Shown piece by piece: positions 32,322 through 41,428 of a DNA stretch of 52,228 nucleotides (position 1 is its first letter; the number at the start of each line of letters is the position of its first letter). The position numbers were made by a program, and so were the translations under genes. Source of the stretch: Candidatus Omnitrophota bacterium (GTDB lineage Bacteria; Omnitrophota; Gorgyraeia; Gygaellales; Profunditerraquicolaceae); NCBI GenBank assembly GCA_028718245.1, contig JAQUME010000002.1, forward strand, positions 1-52,228. Reading direction: 5' to 3'. The notes beneath the pieces are model-generated. The model was not told the DNA's origin. It saw nothing but the letters and a program-made list of their open reading frames with translations, and searched no databases.

Positions 32322-34010
32322 TTAACCCATTGAGGCCGCTTTTTCTTCGGCTTCAATTAATTTGGAAGAAACAAACTTATCTATAGCTTCCTTCTCCATA
32401 AAACCTAAAAGTAATGAATCTCTGTTAACAATAGGCAGGTAATCAACGTTATACTTATCAATGATCTCTTCCGCTTCCAGTAAGGAAGAATCCGGGGATA
32501 CTTTATTAGTTATTACAGGTTCCATAATATCATGGGCGATAACAAGGTTTCCCGACTCGCTGTAAGCGAATGATTTTCTTATGCTCTCAATCGTAATGAC
32601 CCCCTTTAGCTTTTTTTCTTTATCCACTACCGGATAGGTATGATAATTACTGCTGCTAAAAATATTCAAAATATCCTTAAGCGACATATTTTCGGATACA
32701 AAAGGCGGGTTCTTATCTATTATATGGCTGACATTCGTTTTGCGCAGCACATCATCCTCTGTTATGTTCAATCCCACTTCCTGGGCCTTCACAACCGCGT
32801 ATTTGACACAAGGGGGGCCTAAAAGCTGGACCACGAATGTGGTAAGGGTCACAATAACGATTATAGAGTTTCCTAATGTTCCAGGAAATATTTGTGAGGC
32901 AAGGATAGAAAGGCCGATAGCCACGCCCGCCTGGCTGAAAAGGCAATATGGCAAATATTGAGCGACTGTCTTGGGCGCGCCGGAAGCTTTTGCCCCCAAA
33001 CGAGCCCCGATCATCTTCCCCGAAGTCCTTCCTACAAGATATAATACGGCTATAATAATAGCGGCGGCGGTCGTAACATGCAAATCGAATTTCGCGCCCA
33101 CAAGGACAAAAAATAATACATAAAATGGGATCGCGAAACTTGAAATGAGTTTAAAAATTTCCTTGCTTAAGCGCGCTTCTTTATTTATCAGGACAGCGCC
33201 CATAGTCATCGCTGCCAAAAGCATATCTATTTTCATTATCAATGCCGAACCAAGGGCAAAAAGTATGCTGCATAACGAAAAAACTAAAATCTTATCCCTC
33301 TCCGCATATTTTCTAAGAATCTTGATAAGGGCTGCGCTAAATATCAATCCAATAACAATACCCATTACAATTTCATAGACAGGCCTGGTAATCGCGGAGA
33401 ATACCGACGGATGAGCGCCCAGCATCACGGGAGCGATGCTGCTGGCAAGCGCAAATAAAATCAACGCCAAGCCGTCATCTAAAGCCACTATGCCCAATAC
33501 TGTGGTAGTTAACGGGCCGCGGGTCTTGTATTCCCAAAGAACATCGGTAGTCGCCGCGGGGGCCGTGGCGGAAGCAATGGCCCCTAACAATAAACCCAGC
33601 GCCCAATAATAGATACTATTCCCGAAAATAAGGCTTCCCAGGAGCCCGACAAGAATAAAAACTGCCAGGAAAGCAGCTAAACCTTCGGCTAATAATATTG
33701 CTAAAAACTGTTTGCCATAACGGCGGAAGACTTCTCCCTTAAGCTCTCCTCCGATCATAAAACCTATGAGGCCCAACGCAAAATAATTGAAAGGAACCAG
33801 GACTTCAATTATATCCTTACTAATAATATTCAATCCCGATCGGCCAAGCAGGATACCGCCGATAATGTAACCGACAACCTGCGGTATTCGCAGTTTTTGA
33901 AATGCCTTCGCGCCCATTGTCCCGACGAACAGGATCAGGCCGAGCAAGAATAGCGCGTTCAGATGAACATTGGATATTTTAGTAACGGTATCGGCTAATT
34001 GACCAAACAT
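32322..34010 (-). CDS. CPA2-family cation:proton antiporter with C-terminal CBS pair
   Basis: About 400 aa of 10 to 12 TM helices (Na+/H+ exchanger-like), followed by a soluble tail with tandem CBS-like repeats (HTYPVVDKEKKLKGVIT...DYLPIVNRDSLLLGFM). Confidence 0.8.
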   Translation of the reverse strand: MFGQLADTVTKISNVHLNALFLLGLILFVGTMGAKAFQKLRIPQVVGYIIGGILLGRSGLNIISKDIIEVLVPFNYFALGLIGFMIGGELKGEVFRRYGKQFLAILLAEGLAAFLAVFILVGLLGSLIFGNSIYYWALGLLLGAIASATAPAATTDVLWEYKTRGPLTTTVLGIVALDDGLALILFALASSIAPVMLGAHPSVFSAITRPVYEIVMGIVIGLIFSAALIKILRKYAERDKILVFSLCSILFALGSALIMKIDMLLAAMTMGAVLINKEARLSKEIFKLISSFAIPFYVLFFVLVGAKFDLHVTTAAAIIIAVLYLVGRTSGKMIGARLGAKASGAPKTVAQYLPYCLFSQAGVAIGLSILASQIFPGTLGNSIIVIVTLTTFVVQLLGPPCVKYAVVKAQEVGLNITEDDVLRKTNVSHIIDKNPPFVSENMSLKDILNIFSSSNYHTYPVVDKEKKLKGVITIESIRKSFAYSESGNLVIAHDIMEPVITNKVSPDSSLLEAEEIIDKYNVDYLPIVNRDSLLLGFMEKEAIDKFVSSKLIEAEEKAASMG

Positions 34011-34035
34011 TTTCTTTAATAGGTTTCTAAAAAAA

Positions 34036-34120
34036 CGGAGAGGCAGGGATTCGAACCCTGGAACCCTTACGGATTACGTGTTTTCCAAACACGCGCGCTC
34101 GACCACTACGCGACCTCTCC
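34036..34120 (-). tRNA. tRNA-Ser (anticodon GGA)
   Basis: Reverse complement: GGAGAGG acceptor, anticodon arm CGTGT-TTGGAAA-ACACG, long variable arm, T-arm CAGGGTTCGAATCCCTG. No encoded CCA. Confidence 0.9.
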
Positions 34121-34130
34121 AATTACCGAT

Positions 34131-34754
34131 CTATCTGCAATCTTTTTCCGATATAATTCCGTTATTATCGGCTATAAAAACCTTTGTACCTGTAGTTCCG
34201 CATACTTCAGGCGTGGCAATTATTTGATAGTTGTCTTTATCGAAATTCAAAGAATAACTATAGCCCTTTTTAATGGCATTATTATACGGATCAGAGAGGT
34301 AATTGCCCTTCCTAAGGTCATCTTCACTTGCAGGGAACTGCCCCTTATTCTCAGAGGAATAAGCCTCCACCGCATTGATTATTGTCTTGACCGATGCTTT
34401 TGCCGCGGTTTCACTGACAATTATCTTGGTCTTTAGATAATTTGGAATGGCAATAGCCGCTAATAAAGCGCCAATGAAGAACACGGCACAGATCACCATT
34501 ACAACCACCGCAGGAGTAGGCAATGGCGCCGAAAATTTTATCTCTATGCCTTTTAGTTTCATCTCTTTGCGGACCGGCCATTCCTTAAATGCTAATACCG
34601 CCATCATAACGATATTTACAACAGGAACAAGCATCAAAATACCCAATGCCCCGTGATAACCTGTTTTTGAGATAATCTTCCACCACATCAAGCCCATAAA
34701 GAAGATAAAGGCCAGCCAAAGAATCGGATATAAGAAACCAAACAGCGCTTCCAT
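34131..34754 (-). CDS. Membrane protein with pilin-like C-terminal domain
   Basis: N-terminal roughly 85 aa with 2 to 3 TM helices. Then FFIGALLAAIAIPNYLKTK resembles the type IV pilin alpha-1 helix but lacks the G/FTLIE prepilin cleavage motif. The globular tail ends in a Cys pair (C...C). Confidence 0.5.
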   Translation of the reverse strand: MEALFGFLYPILWLAFIFFMGLMWWKIISKTGYHGALGILMLVPVVNIVMMAVLAFKEWPVRKEMKLKGIEIKFSAPLPTPAVVVMVICAVFFIGALLAAIAIPNYLKTKIIVSETAAKASVKTIINAVEAYSSENKGQFPASEDDLRKGNYLSDPYNNAIKKGYSYSLNFDKDNYQIIATPEVCGTTGTKVFIADNNGIISEKDCR

Positions 34755-34788
34755 ACTTTACCTCCCTTTTGCCTGCCGTAACATTATA

Positions 34789-34877
34789 CGGAGAGTGGAG
34801 GATTCGAACCTCCGGTCGTCTTACGACGACAACGGTTTTCGAGACCGCCGCATTCAACCAGCTCTGCCAACTCTCCC
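34789..34877 (-). tRNA. tRNA-Ser (anticodon CGA)
   Basis: Reverse complement: GGGAGAG acceptor, anticodon arm GCGGT-CTCGAAA-ACCGT, long variable arm, T-arm GGAGGTTCGAATCCTCC. No encoded CCA. Confidence 0.9.
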
Positions 34878-34881
34878 TTGA

Positions 34882-35541
34882 CTATATATCTTCAAAATAT
34901 TCTAAAGCGCAGCTGCTTAAGTCTATTACGCAATTCAGTATTGCAAGCGTAAAACTGGCCCAAAAGTAAACCTCCGGGTTAAATAGCGATTTGCCGGAGA
35001 AAAAAGGCCGGGCATGGAATGATACCTGAGATATGCCCAAGAGGGCGGCGAATACCAGATTGTTGCCTATCCAGAAAGAAAATTTTGCCGGCACGCTCTT
35101 TTTACAATATTCAATCCTCTTGCGGATCCAAAAAAGCCAGGCCGCATTTAAAATAAGCAGGATCATCAGGTCAAAATAAAACAGATCGTATAACTGCATA
35201 GAGGCGTTATAACACATGCGGTAATAAAGCAGGGAGTGGGCGATCATTATGGGGATATCAAGGAAGATTATCTTCCTGGCATTGACTATATTCATGGGCA
35301 AAGAGTAGACCAGGGCTCCCACGTTATGGGAAGGTGCAAAGAAAAAACGCACCAGCACGAGCATCGCAATCAATAATGTCACCCAGTCAAAAATATTCTC
35401 AAAGTCAAAGAATTCCGCTAAACGGGCGAATCCCCAGGCCATAAGAATAGAGTAGAGTATCTCAAGGGCTATCAGGAATTTGGTATATTTCTTCCCGCTG
35501 CCCTGCTCATCGGGAGAGGGGATACGCGGCACACAACCCAT
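34882..35541 (-). CDS. Hypothetical multi-pass membrane protein
   Basis: 219 aa with about six hydrophobic helices. Stop is 4 nt from the tRNA-Ser(CGA) 5' end. Confidence 0.5.
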   Translation of the reverse strand: MGCVPRIPSPDEQGSGKKYTKFLIALEILYSILMAWGFARLAEFFDFENIFDWVTLLIAMLVLVRFFFAPSHNVGALVYSLPMNIVNARKIIFLDIPIMIAHSLLYYRMCYNASMQLYDLFYFDLMILLILNAAWLFWIRKRIEYCKKSVPAKFSFWIGNNLVFAALLGISQVSFHARPFFSGKSLFNPEVYFWASFTLAILNCVIDLSSCALEYFEDI

Positions 35542-35564
35542 ATTTGGACCTCACTGTTATATTA

Positions 35565-35651
35565 CGGTGGGGCAGAGATTCGAACTCTGGGTGGACTTAC
35601 GCCCACAACGGTTTTCAAGACCGCCGCTTTCAACCGCTCAGCCACCCCACC
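35565..35651 (-). tRNA. tRNA-Ser (anticodon TGA)
   Basis: Reverse complement: GGTGGGG acceptor, anticodon arm GCGGT-CTTGAAA-ACCGT, long variable arm, T-arm CAGAGTTCGAATCTCTG. No encoded CCA. Confidence 0.9.
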
Positions 35652-35657
35652 AAAAAG

Positions 35658-36371
35658 CTAAAACATAAAAAGCTGCTTAAAGGCAGCGCCAAACATATTC
35701 CTGGCCGTGGTAAAGGAGATGTTGCAGAAATTGACAAATGAGAACTCCTTAAAAATGAGGCTGAAGCCAAAGGCAAGCAAGGCCAGGTTCAGGATAAAAA
35801 TAAAGGAGAACCCGAAGATGTAATTCCCTTTTAAGAAATCCCCTTTCTTGGTACGGATGGTCTTGGCCGAAAACACAAGATGTAACACAGTGCTGAAGCC
35901 GATCAGGAAAAGCGTATATTCAAGCAGCCAGTCGGATTTTATCCCCAGCGACAATAATCCGTAAGTTGCAAAGAACAGGATCGTGTATATCGGCAGGAGA
36001 AAAGGCGCTACATTGACCATCGGCTTAAAAAAACTGAAACACACCTCAAGTATCTTATGCCCCTTGTTGTAGATAGAGACCGGCTCCCAGATGAATAAAT
36101 AGAGCGCCAGGAAAGAGATCGCCCCGTTCCAGAAGATCCCCTGCAGATCTTTGTTGACCAGATTAAATTCATTCAGGAAGGACACCGAGGAGGAAAATAC
36201 AAAGGGCAAAAGAAGCACCCCCAAGATAAATTTAATTACACTGAAAGATTTGCTGAACAAACCGGATACCCGGCTGGAAAAATCTCCGGCAAAATTACCG
36301 GCCGGCTCATCGGGGGAAAATATTTTTTTTTCTTTAGGGAGTTTTTTCTCAGGTAATTCTTTCTTGGCCAT
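35658..36371 (-). CDS. Hypothetical multi-pass membrane protein
   Basis: 237 aa with five to six TM helices. Start overlaps the serS 3' end by 23 nt. Stop is 6 nt from the tRNA-Ser(TGA) 5' end. Confidence 0.5.
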   Translation of the reverse strand: MAKKELPEKKLPKEKKIFSPDEPAGNFAGDFSSRVSGLFSKSFSVIKFILGVLLLPFVFSSSVSFLNEFNLVNKDLQGIFWNGAISFLALYLFIWEPVSIYNKGHKILEVCFSFFKPMVNVAPFLLPIYTILFFATYGLLSLGIKSDWLLEYTLFLIGFSTVLHLVFSAKTIRTKKGDFLKGNYIFGFSFIFILNLALLAFGFSLIFKEFSFVNFCNISFTTARNMFGAAFKQLFMF

Positions 36372-37617
36372 TAAAATACGGCTGCAGGGCTTTGGGTACC
36401 GATATTGAGCCGTCCTCCTGTTGATAGTTCTCGATTATTGCTGCGACGGTGCGGGCTAAGGCGACCCCTGAACCGTTCAGGGTGTGTATAAAATCTACTT
36501 TTTTGGTGTCTTTGCGGCGCATCCTTATATTTGCCCGGCGGGCCTGGAAGCTTTCAAAGTTAGAGCAGCTGGATACCTCAAGCCATTTATCGCTCCCCGA
36601 AGCATAGGCCTCAAGGTCATAGCATTTGGCAGCGGCAAAGCTTATATCCTGGGTAGCAAGCACCTTCACCCGGTAAGGCAGCTCTAACAGCTGCAGGACC
36701 TCTTCGGCATTGGCAACCAGCTTTTCCAGTTCATCATAGGAATCCTCGGGCCTGACGAATTTCACCATCTCCACTTTATCAAATTCATGCACGCGGAAAA
36801 GGCCTTTGGTGTCCTTGCCGTATGAACCTGCCTCCCTCCGGAAACAAGCCGTATAAGCGGTGTAATAAATGGGCAGTTTGGCCTCATCCAGGATCTCATC
36901 GCGGAAGATATTGGTTACCGGCACCTCCGCCGTGGGAATAAGGAAAAGGTCGTCGTCCTTAAGCTTATACATATCCTCTTCTAATTTCGGGAGCTGTCCG
37001 GTGCCAAGCATGGAGGCGCGGTTAACCAAAAAAGGCGGGAAGATCTCGGTATAGCCGTGTTTGTTGATGTGCAGGTCAAGCATGAAATTGATCAGGGCCC
37101 GCTCTAAGCGCGCGCCCCAACCCTTAAAAAGGATAAAATTCGAGCCGGTTATTTTGGTTGCCCGGTTGAAATCTATGATATCCAGGTTCTGGCAAAGTTC
37201 CATATGGTTAAGCGGCTTGAAATTGAATTTTCTCTCTTTGCCCCATTCGCGCACGACCTTATTCTGGGATGCGTCGCCAACCGGTATAGATGGATGCGCT
37301 ACATTGGGGATATTCAAAAGCAGCTTATTGAGTTCTGCATCCCCTTCTTTTACCTGCCCCTCAAGCTCACTTATCCGGCTTGAGATCTCCTTCATTGAGG
37401 AGATCCTGGGCTTGGCATCTTTCTTCTCTTTAAGCAGGAGGCTGATCTCATCATTGGCTTTGTTGCGCTGGGAGCGTAATTCTTCAAGCTCCGCTAACAC
37501 CTTACGCCGGCTGTCGTCAATTTTAATCAGCCCGTCGATGTCAAGCTTTAAGGCGCGGTTTTTGACCGATTGCTTGACCAGTTCCTGATTTTCTCTGATG
37601 AATTTTATGTCTAGCAT
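36349..37617 (-). CDS. serS: Seryl-tRNA synthetase
   Basis: N-terminal coiled-coil arm. Class II motifs FRREAGSYGKDTKGLFRVHEFDKVE and GSGVALARTVAAIIENYQ. Confidence 0.95.
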   Translation of the reverse strand: MLDIKFIRENQELVKQSVKNRALKLDIDGLIKIDDSRRKVLAELEELRSQRNKANDEISLLLKEKKDAKPRISSMKEISSRISELEGQVKEGDAELNKLLLNIPNVAHPSIPVGDASQNKVVREWGKERKFNFKPLNHMELCQNLDIIDFNRATKITGSNFILFKGWGARLERALINFMLDLHINKHGYTEIFPPFLVNRASMLGTGQLPKLEEDMYKLKDDDLFLIPTAEVPVTNIFRDEILDEAKLPIYYTAYTACFRREAGSYGKDTKGLFRVHEFDKVEMVKFVRPEDSYDELEKLVANAEEVLQLLELPYRVKVLATQDISFAAAKCYDLEAYASGSDKWLEVSSCSNFESFQARRANIRMRRKDTKKVDFIHTLNGSGVALARTVAAIIENYQQEDGSISVPKALQPYFNGQERIT

Positions 37618-37618
37618 A

Positions 37619-39085
37619 TCATCCTTTAATTACGCCGACCGGGCGCATCCTGCATACGCGCTTGGAGATGCCGGCGTTATGCACCACATCCACCACATCA
37701 TTTACGTCTTTATACGCCTGCGGCGCTTCTTCAGCCACAGTTGCGCGGCCTGAAGCTTTTACTATTATACCTTTAGATTCCAATTCTTTCAATAACATAT
37801 CCGAATTTATGGACCTGGCCGCTGCGGTGCGGGATTTCAGCCGGCCTGCGCCGTGGCAAGCCGAATAAAAAGTTTCTTCGGCTTTCTTCGTCCCCACCAA
37901 CAAGTAAGAGTTCCTGCCCATGTCCCCGGGGATGATCACCGGCTGGCCGATCTTTTTATACTTTTGAGGCAAGGCAGGATGGCCGGGGCCAAAAGCGCGG
38001 GTTGCTCCTTTGCGGTGCACGCATAATGTTTTTTCCTTACCGTCTATCTCATATTTTTCCAATTTTGCGATATTGTGCGCCACGTCATAGATAAGCGACA
38101 TCCCCATTTTCTGCCAGCTCATCCCGAATATCTTCTCAAAGGCCTTACGCGTAAGATGCATAAGGCACTGCCGGTTATTCCAGGCATAATTTGCCGCGCA
38201 TCTCATTGCCCCCAGATATTGTTGGGCCTCGGGAGAATTGACCGGCGCGCAAACAAGCTGCCTGTCGGGGACATTAATACCGTATTTCTTTAAACAAGGC
38301 ATCATAGTCCTGACATAATCGTCGCAGATCTGGTAGCCAAAGCCGCGGGAGCCGGAGTGGATCATCACTACCACCTGGCCCAGGTCAAGCCCTAAACTGT
38401 CACATTCCTCCCGGCCATAGAGCTGGTCGATAACCTGTACCTCCAGGAAATGGTTGCCTGACCCCAATGTCCCTGCCTGGGCCCTGCCTCTTTCATAAGC
38501 CCTCTCTGAAACCGCATCAGGATCAGCGTCCGGTATGGCGCCATACTCCTCCGTGCATTCCAGATCCTCCTGCGTGCCGAAACCCTGTTCTACCGCCCAT
38601 TTAGAGCCCTTAGTCAGAATCTGCTTTTCCTCTTTAGAAGTAACCCTTATATCCCCTTTTGAACCGACGCCGCAAGGCACATCGGAGAATAAGGCGTAAA
38701 CCAGCTCTTTTAGTTTTGACTTGATATCATCGTATTGAAAATTAGTTTTTACGAGGCGCACCCCGCAATTTATGTCAAAACCCACGCCGCCGGGAGAAAC
38801 TACCCCTCCTTTTTCAGGATCAGTAGCCGCCACTCCCCCTATCGGAAATCCGTATCCCCAGTGAATATCCGGCATTGCCATGGAGGCCTTCACAATGCCC
38901 GGCAAAAAAGCGACATTAGCCACCTGCTCTAATGCCTTGTCTTGACGGATATCCTTTAACAGCTTCTCATCAGCATAGATCAATCCGTCTACGCGCATAC
39001 CCGGCTTATAGCTGCGGGGGATACGCCAGCGAAAATCGTCAATTTTTTCCAGAGGGATATTATCGGGCATCTTGCCTTCAGACAT
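37619..39085 (-). CDS. rtcB: RNA ligase RtcB
   Basis: GFDINCGVR, GSGNHFLEVQ, HSGSRGFG and CHGAGR motifs. 488 aa. Confidence 0.95.
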   Translation of the reverse strand: MSEGKMPDNIPLEKIDDFRWRIPRSYKPGMRVDGLIYADEKLLKDIRQDKALEQVANVAFLPGIVKASMAMPDIHWGYGFPIGGVAATDPEKGGVVSPGGVGFDINCGVRLVKTNFQYDDIKSKLKELVYALFSDVPCGVGSKGDIRVTSKEEKQILTKGSKWAVEQGFGTQEDLECTEEYGAIPDADPDAVSERAYERGRAQAGTLGSGNHFLEVQVIDQLYGREECDSLGLDLGQVVVMIHSGSRGFGYQICDDYVRTMMPCLKKYGINVPDRQLVCAPVNSPEAQQYLGAMRCAANYAWNNRQCLMHLTRKAFEKIFGMSWQKMGMSLIYDVAHNIAKLEKYEIDGKEKTLCVHRKGATRAFGPGHPALPQKYKKIGQPVIIPGDMGRNSYLLVGTKKAEETFYSACHGAGRLKSRTAAARSINSDMLLKELESKGIIVKASGRATVAEEAPQAYKDVNDVVDVVHNAGISKRVCRMRPVGVIKG

Positions 39086-39533
39086 CGAAGATCACCTCTG
39101 CCTGCCAGAGGAGGTCTGTTTTTTGGACTTTAAGCTGGTGGTAGGTTGCCGCCTTGATCTCGGTATTTACCTTGTAATTCCTTATGTCGCTTCCGATGGC
39201 GATGGCGTCAATAAAGTTCTCATTGATCTGGTTTATCTGGATATCTTCAAAGATGAGGCCTTCTGCGGCGCCTGCCGACAGCAGTTCATTGAGCCAGTTG
39301 AAAAAAAGCTCCTCAACGTTATCCGCTTTCTGGTCAATTACGATCTTATGCTTTTCCGGGTATTGGGTTTTTAGTTTCTCGGCGGAGATATCGGTTATGG
39401 CCAGGCCGGCGCTCTTAAACAAGCCTGCCAGGTCGCTTGCTTTGACCCTTATTCCAATATCCGCGGTATGCTCTAACAGTTCGTAGTTTTTCACCGCTTT
39501 TTTAGGTAGGGTAAATAAAAAATGGTGGGCCAT
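39078..39533 (-). CDS. Archease (RtcB activator)
   Basis: YELLEHTADIGIRV N-terminal hallmark. Overlaps rtcB by 8 nt. The ATG at 39533 lies inside tRNA-Lys. An alternative GTG at 39494 gives MKNYELLEH. Confidence 0.85.
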   Translation of the reverse strand: MAHHFLFTLPKKAVKNYELLEHTADIGIRVKASDLAGLFKSAGLAITDISAEKLKTQYPEKHKIVIDQKADNVEELFFNWLNELLSAGAAEGLIFEDIQINQINENFIDAIAIGSDIRNYKVNTEIKAATYHQLKVQKTDLLWQAEVIFDV

Positions 39534-39598
39534 GGTGGAGTCGAACCACCGACCTTGACATTAAGAGTGTCCTGCTCTGCCAATTGAGCTAATGGCCC
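39523..39598 (-). tRNA. tRNA-Lys (anticodon CTT), CCA encoded
   Basis: Reverse complement: GGGCCAT acceptor, anticodon loop CTCTTAA, T-arm GGTGGTTCGACTCCACC, ATGGCCC-A-CCA. Confidence 0.9.
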
Positions 39599-39802
39599 TA
39601 AGCTTAAATTTGATTTTCTATTTTAACCTAAATTATTGTATTTTGCAAGGAGCAATACTTCAATTTACCGGCGTTGAGGTATCCTAGTTTGAGGTGCCGC
39701 TAAAAATGATAAATAGAATGGTTGTGGTTAAAATAACTAAAACCGCCGCAAAATGGAAAAAGTATTTGTGTTTTATTATCCGCTCAAACAATTTTTACCT
39801 CC

Positions 39803-40183
39803 TTAGGTGCGCTTGCGCTCTTCAACCTCGCAGTGAAGCTGCTTGCTGATTATCCGCTCGGTTTCGGCCTTGGTTTCGGCGATCCGGATAAGCTCCTCCT
39901 GCAGTTTTAGGCGCAGAGCTGTCTCCTTCTTCAGCTCCAGCCATCTGCGCCAGGAGAAAACGGCAAAGCTCACGCTTAAGGTTATAAGCCCGACTATAAT
40001 TTCGTCTATCCAGGTTATTGCTTTAGGGTTCTCCTGGAATAACCTCATAAGATAGACGAATACATTGAAGAAATATGAAATAATAAATATGATAATTGTA
40101 ATAATAAAAATAACGAGCAGGTCTTTAAAAGCGGTTGTAGTTCTTCTTTTATTTCTCATTTTTGCCTTATCCATTGCCTCCAA
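39803..40183 (-). CDS. Hypothetical membrane protein with C-terminal coiled coil
   Basis: 126 aa with two TM helices, then ALRLKLQEELIRIAETKAETERII. Confidence 0.45.
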   Translation of the reverse strand: MEAMDKAKMRNKRRTTTAFKDLLVIFIITIIIFIISYFFNVFVYLMRLFQENPKAITWIDEIIVGLITLSVSFAVFSWRRWLELKKETALRLKLQEELIRIAETKAETERIISKQLHCEVEERKRT

Positions 40184-40193
40184 AATATGCTAT

Positions 40194-40266
40194 CGCGCTC
40201 GGGGAGAGTCGAACTCCCAACGCCTAGCTCCGAAGGCTAGCGCTCTATCCATTGAGCTACGAGCGC
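40194..40266 (-). tRNA. tRNA-Arg (anticodon TCG)
   Basis: Reverse complement: GCGCTCG acceptor, anticodon arm CTAGC-CTTCGGA-GCTAG, T-arm GGGAGTTCGACTCTCCC. No encoded CCA. Confidence 0.9.
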
Positions 40267-40270
40267 ATTT

Positions 40271-40996
40271 TTATATTATCTCCGCTTTATTACCCAGGAT
40301 CTTTTTGATCTTTTCAAGCTTAGCCCTGGGGACACAAAGGACATCTTTTTCGGCGGTTTTGCGCACAGGCGAGTTAAGCTGGATCTTATCCGGGTTTACG
40401 GCCCGGATCACACTTTTTAATTTATTGATATGCCCGATGCCGTCATTCACGCCGGAGACGAGCATTATCTCAAGCCAAAGCTTGCCGCGGAATTCCTTAC
40501 CAAAAGATATCAAACCGGAGATCATCTTATTCAGCTTTATGGCCGGATTCGGCCGGTCGATGCGCCTGAATATCTTTTCATCAACCGCATCCAGGGAAGG
40601 GACAACCAGGTCCGCTCCCATCAACGCTTTACGCACCCGGGGATTCCCCAAGAGCGTGGAGTTGGTGATCACGGCGATACTGCGGCTGGTAAGGCTCCTC
40701 ACCCGCCTGATCAATTTCCCGATCTGCGTATTTAAAGTCGGCTCTCCCAGTCCGGAGAAAGTGACGAACTTAAGTTCTTTGGCTGTCTTGGGATTTTTCC
40801 GCAGCCACAATTTCAGTTCGGCGATGATCTCATCCGGGTCGGCGTATTCTCTCCTGCCGGAAACGGTTGCCGAGGTCCTGCCCCACTGACAATATATGCA
40901 GTTGAGGTTACAGGTCTTGCCTGGGCTTAAGCTTAAACCCAGAGAAAGGCCGAGCCTGCGCGATTTTATCGGTCCGTAGATGTATTTGAACACCAT
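40271..40996 (-). CDS. Radical SAM domain protein
   Basis: YGPIKSRRLGLSLGLSL...CNLNCIYC (CxxxCxxC cluster) and GLGEPTL glycine-rich SAM motif. 241 aa. Confidence 0.75.
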   Translation of the reverse strand: MVFKYIYGPIKSRRLGLSLGLSLSPGKTCNLNCIYCQWGRTSATVSGRREYADPDEIIAELKLWLRKNPKTAKELKFVTFSGLGEPTLNTQIGKLIRRVRSLTSRSIAVITNSTLLGNPRVRKALMGADLVVPSLDAVDEKIFRRIDRPNPAIKLNKMISGLISFGKEFRGKLWLEIMLVSGVNDGIGHINKLKSVIRAVNPDKIQLNSPVRKTAEKDVLCVPRAKLEKIKKILGNKAEII

Positions 40997-41012
40997 AAGC
41001 TTTTATTTAACA

Positions 41013-41047
41013 TTAGGGCGCTACCTATTTCTAAGTGAGCGCCCTAA
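41013..41047. terminator. Perfect 10-bp-stem hairpin between the CBM48 gene and the radical SAM gene
   Basis: TTAGGGCGCT (41013..41022) and AGCGCCCTAA (41038..41047) with a 15-nt loop. The flanking T-run is weak on the minus strand, so terminator function is uncertain. Confidence 0.35.
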
Positions 41048-41074
41048 ACTTTGTTTTAACGCGAAAAAGGATAT

Positions 41075-41353
41075 TTATTTTACCTCGACCACGCAGTTAT
41101 GCGAGCCTAACGCATTGGCTACGCATGAGGTGCAGCGCGGGTCATTCATCCAGCAATTATCTACGATAAATTTATACTCATATCTTCCCGGTTTCAAGCC
41201 CAATTTAACTAACCAGGTGCCCTTGCTGTCCTTCTTGGCGAGTAATTTCTTCTCATCCCATTTGTTGAAACTTCCCGCAAGCACGACCTTCTTGGCTTCA
41301 GGGGCGTATAATTTGAACTCTGTCGGCTTTGTTCCGCTGGCTACCCGTGGCAT
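41075..41353 (-). CDS. Stand-alone CBM48/AMPK-beta-like glycogen-binding domain protein
   Basis: FKLYAPEAKKVVLAGSFNKWD...GTWLVKLGLKPGRYEYKFIVD. The ATG at 41353 is preceded by AAGGAGGG at 5 nt. The track ORF extends to 41404. Confidence 0.7.
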   Translation of the reverse strand: MPRVASGTKPTEFKLYAPEAKKVVLAGSFNKWDEKKLLAKKDSKGTWLVKLGLKPGRYEYKFIVDNCWMNDPRCTSCVANALGSHNCVVEVK

Positions 41354-41428
41354 AGCTCCCTCCTTTTTATTTGCTTTCTTCATATGATTATTTTTGCACC
41401 ACAATCAGGTACTGTCAAGGCTTTTGTT

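Noticed and set aside
39599-39802. The 200-bp AT-rich gap after tRNA-Lys as a possible sRNA or small ORF locus.
   Set aside because: There is no convincing promoter/terminator pair or conserved-looking structure. The only ORF is under 50 codons and has no SD.
40065-40889. A 274-aa plus-strand ORF, and similar long antisense ORFs (e.g. 3626..4222, 25775..26272, 37061..37588, 45144..45743, 51248..51781).
   Set aside because: They lie antisense to confidently identified genes (radical SAM, dnaX, RRM protein, serS, lpxD/skp, pth). They have low-complexity Ser/Leu/Arg-rich translations and no motifs, which is typical of shadow ORFs.
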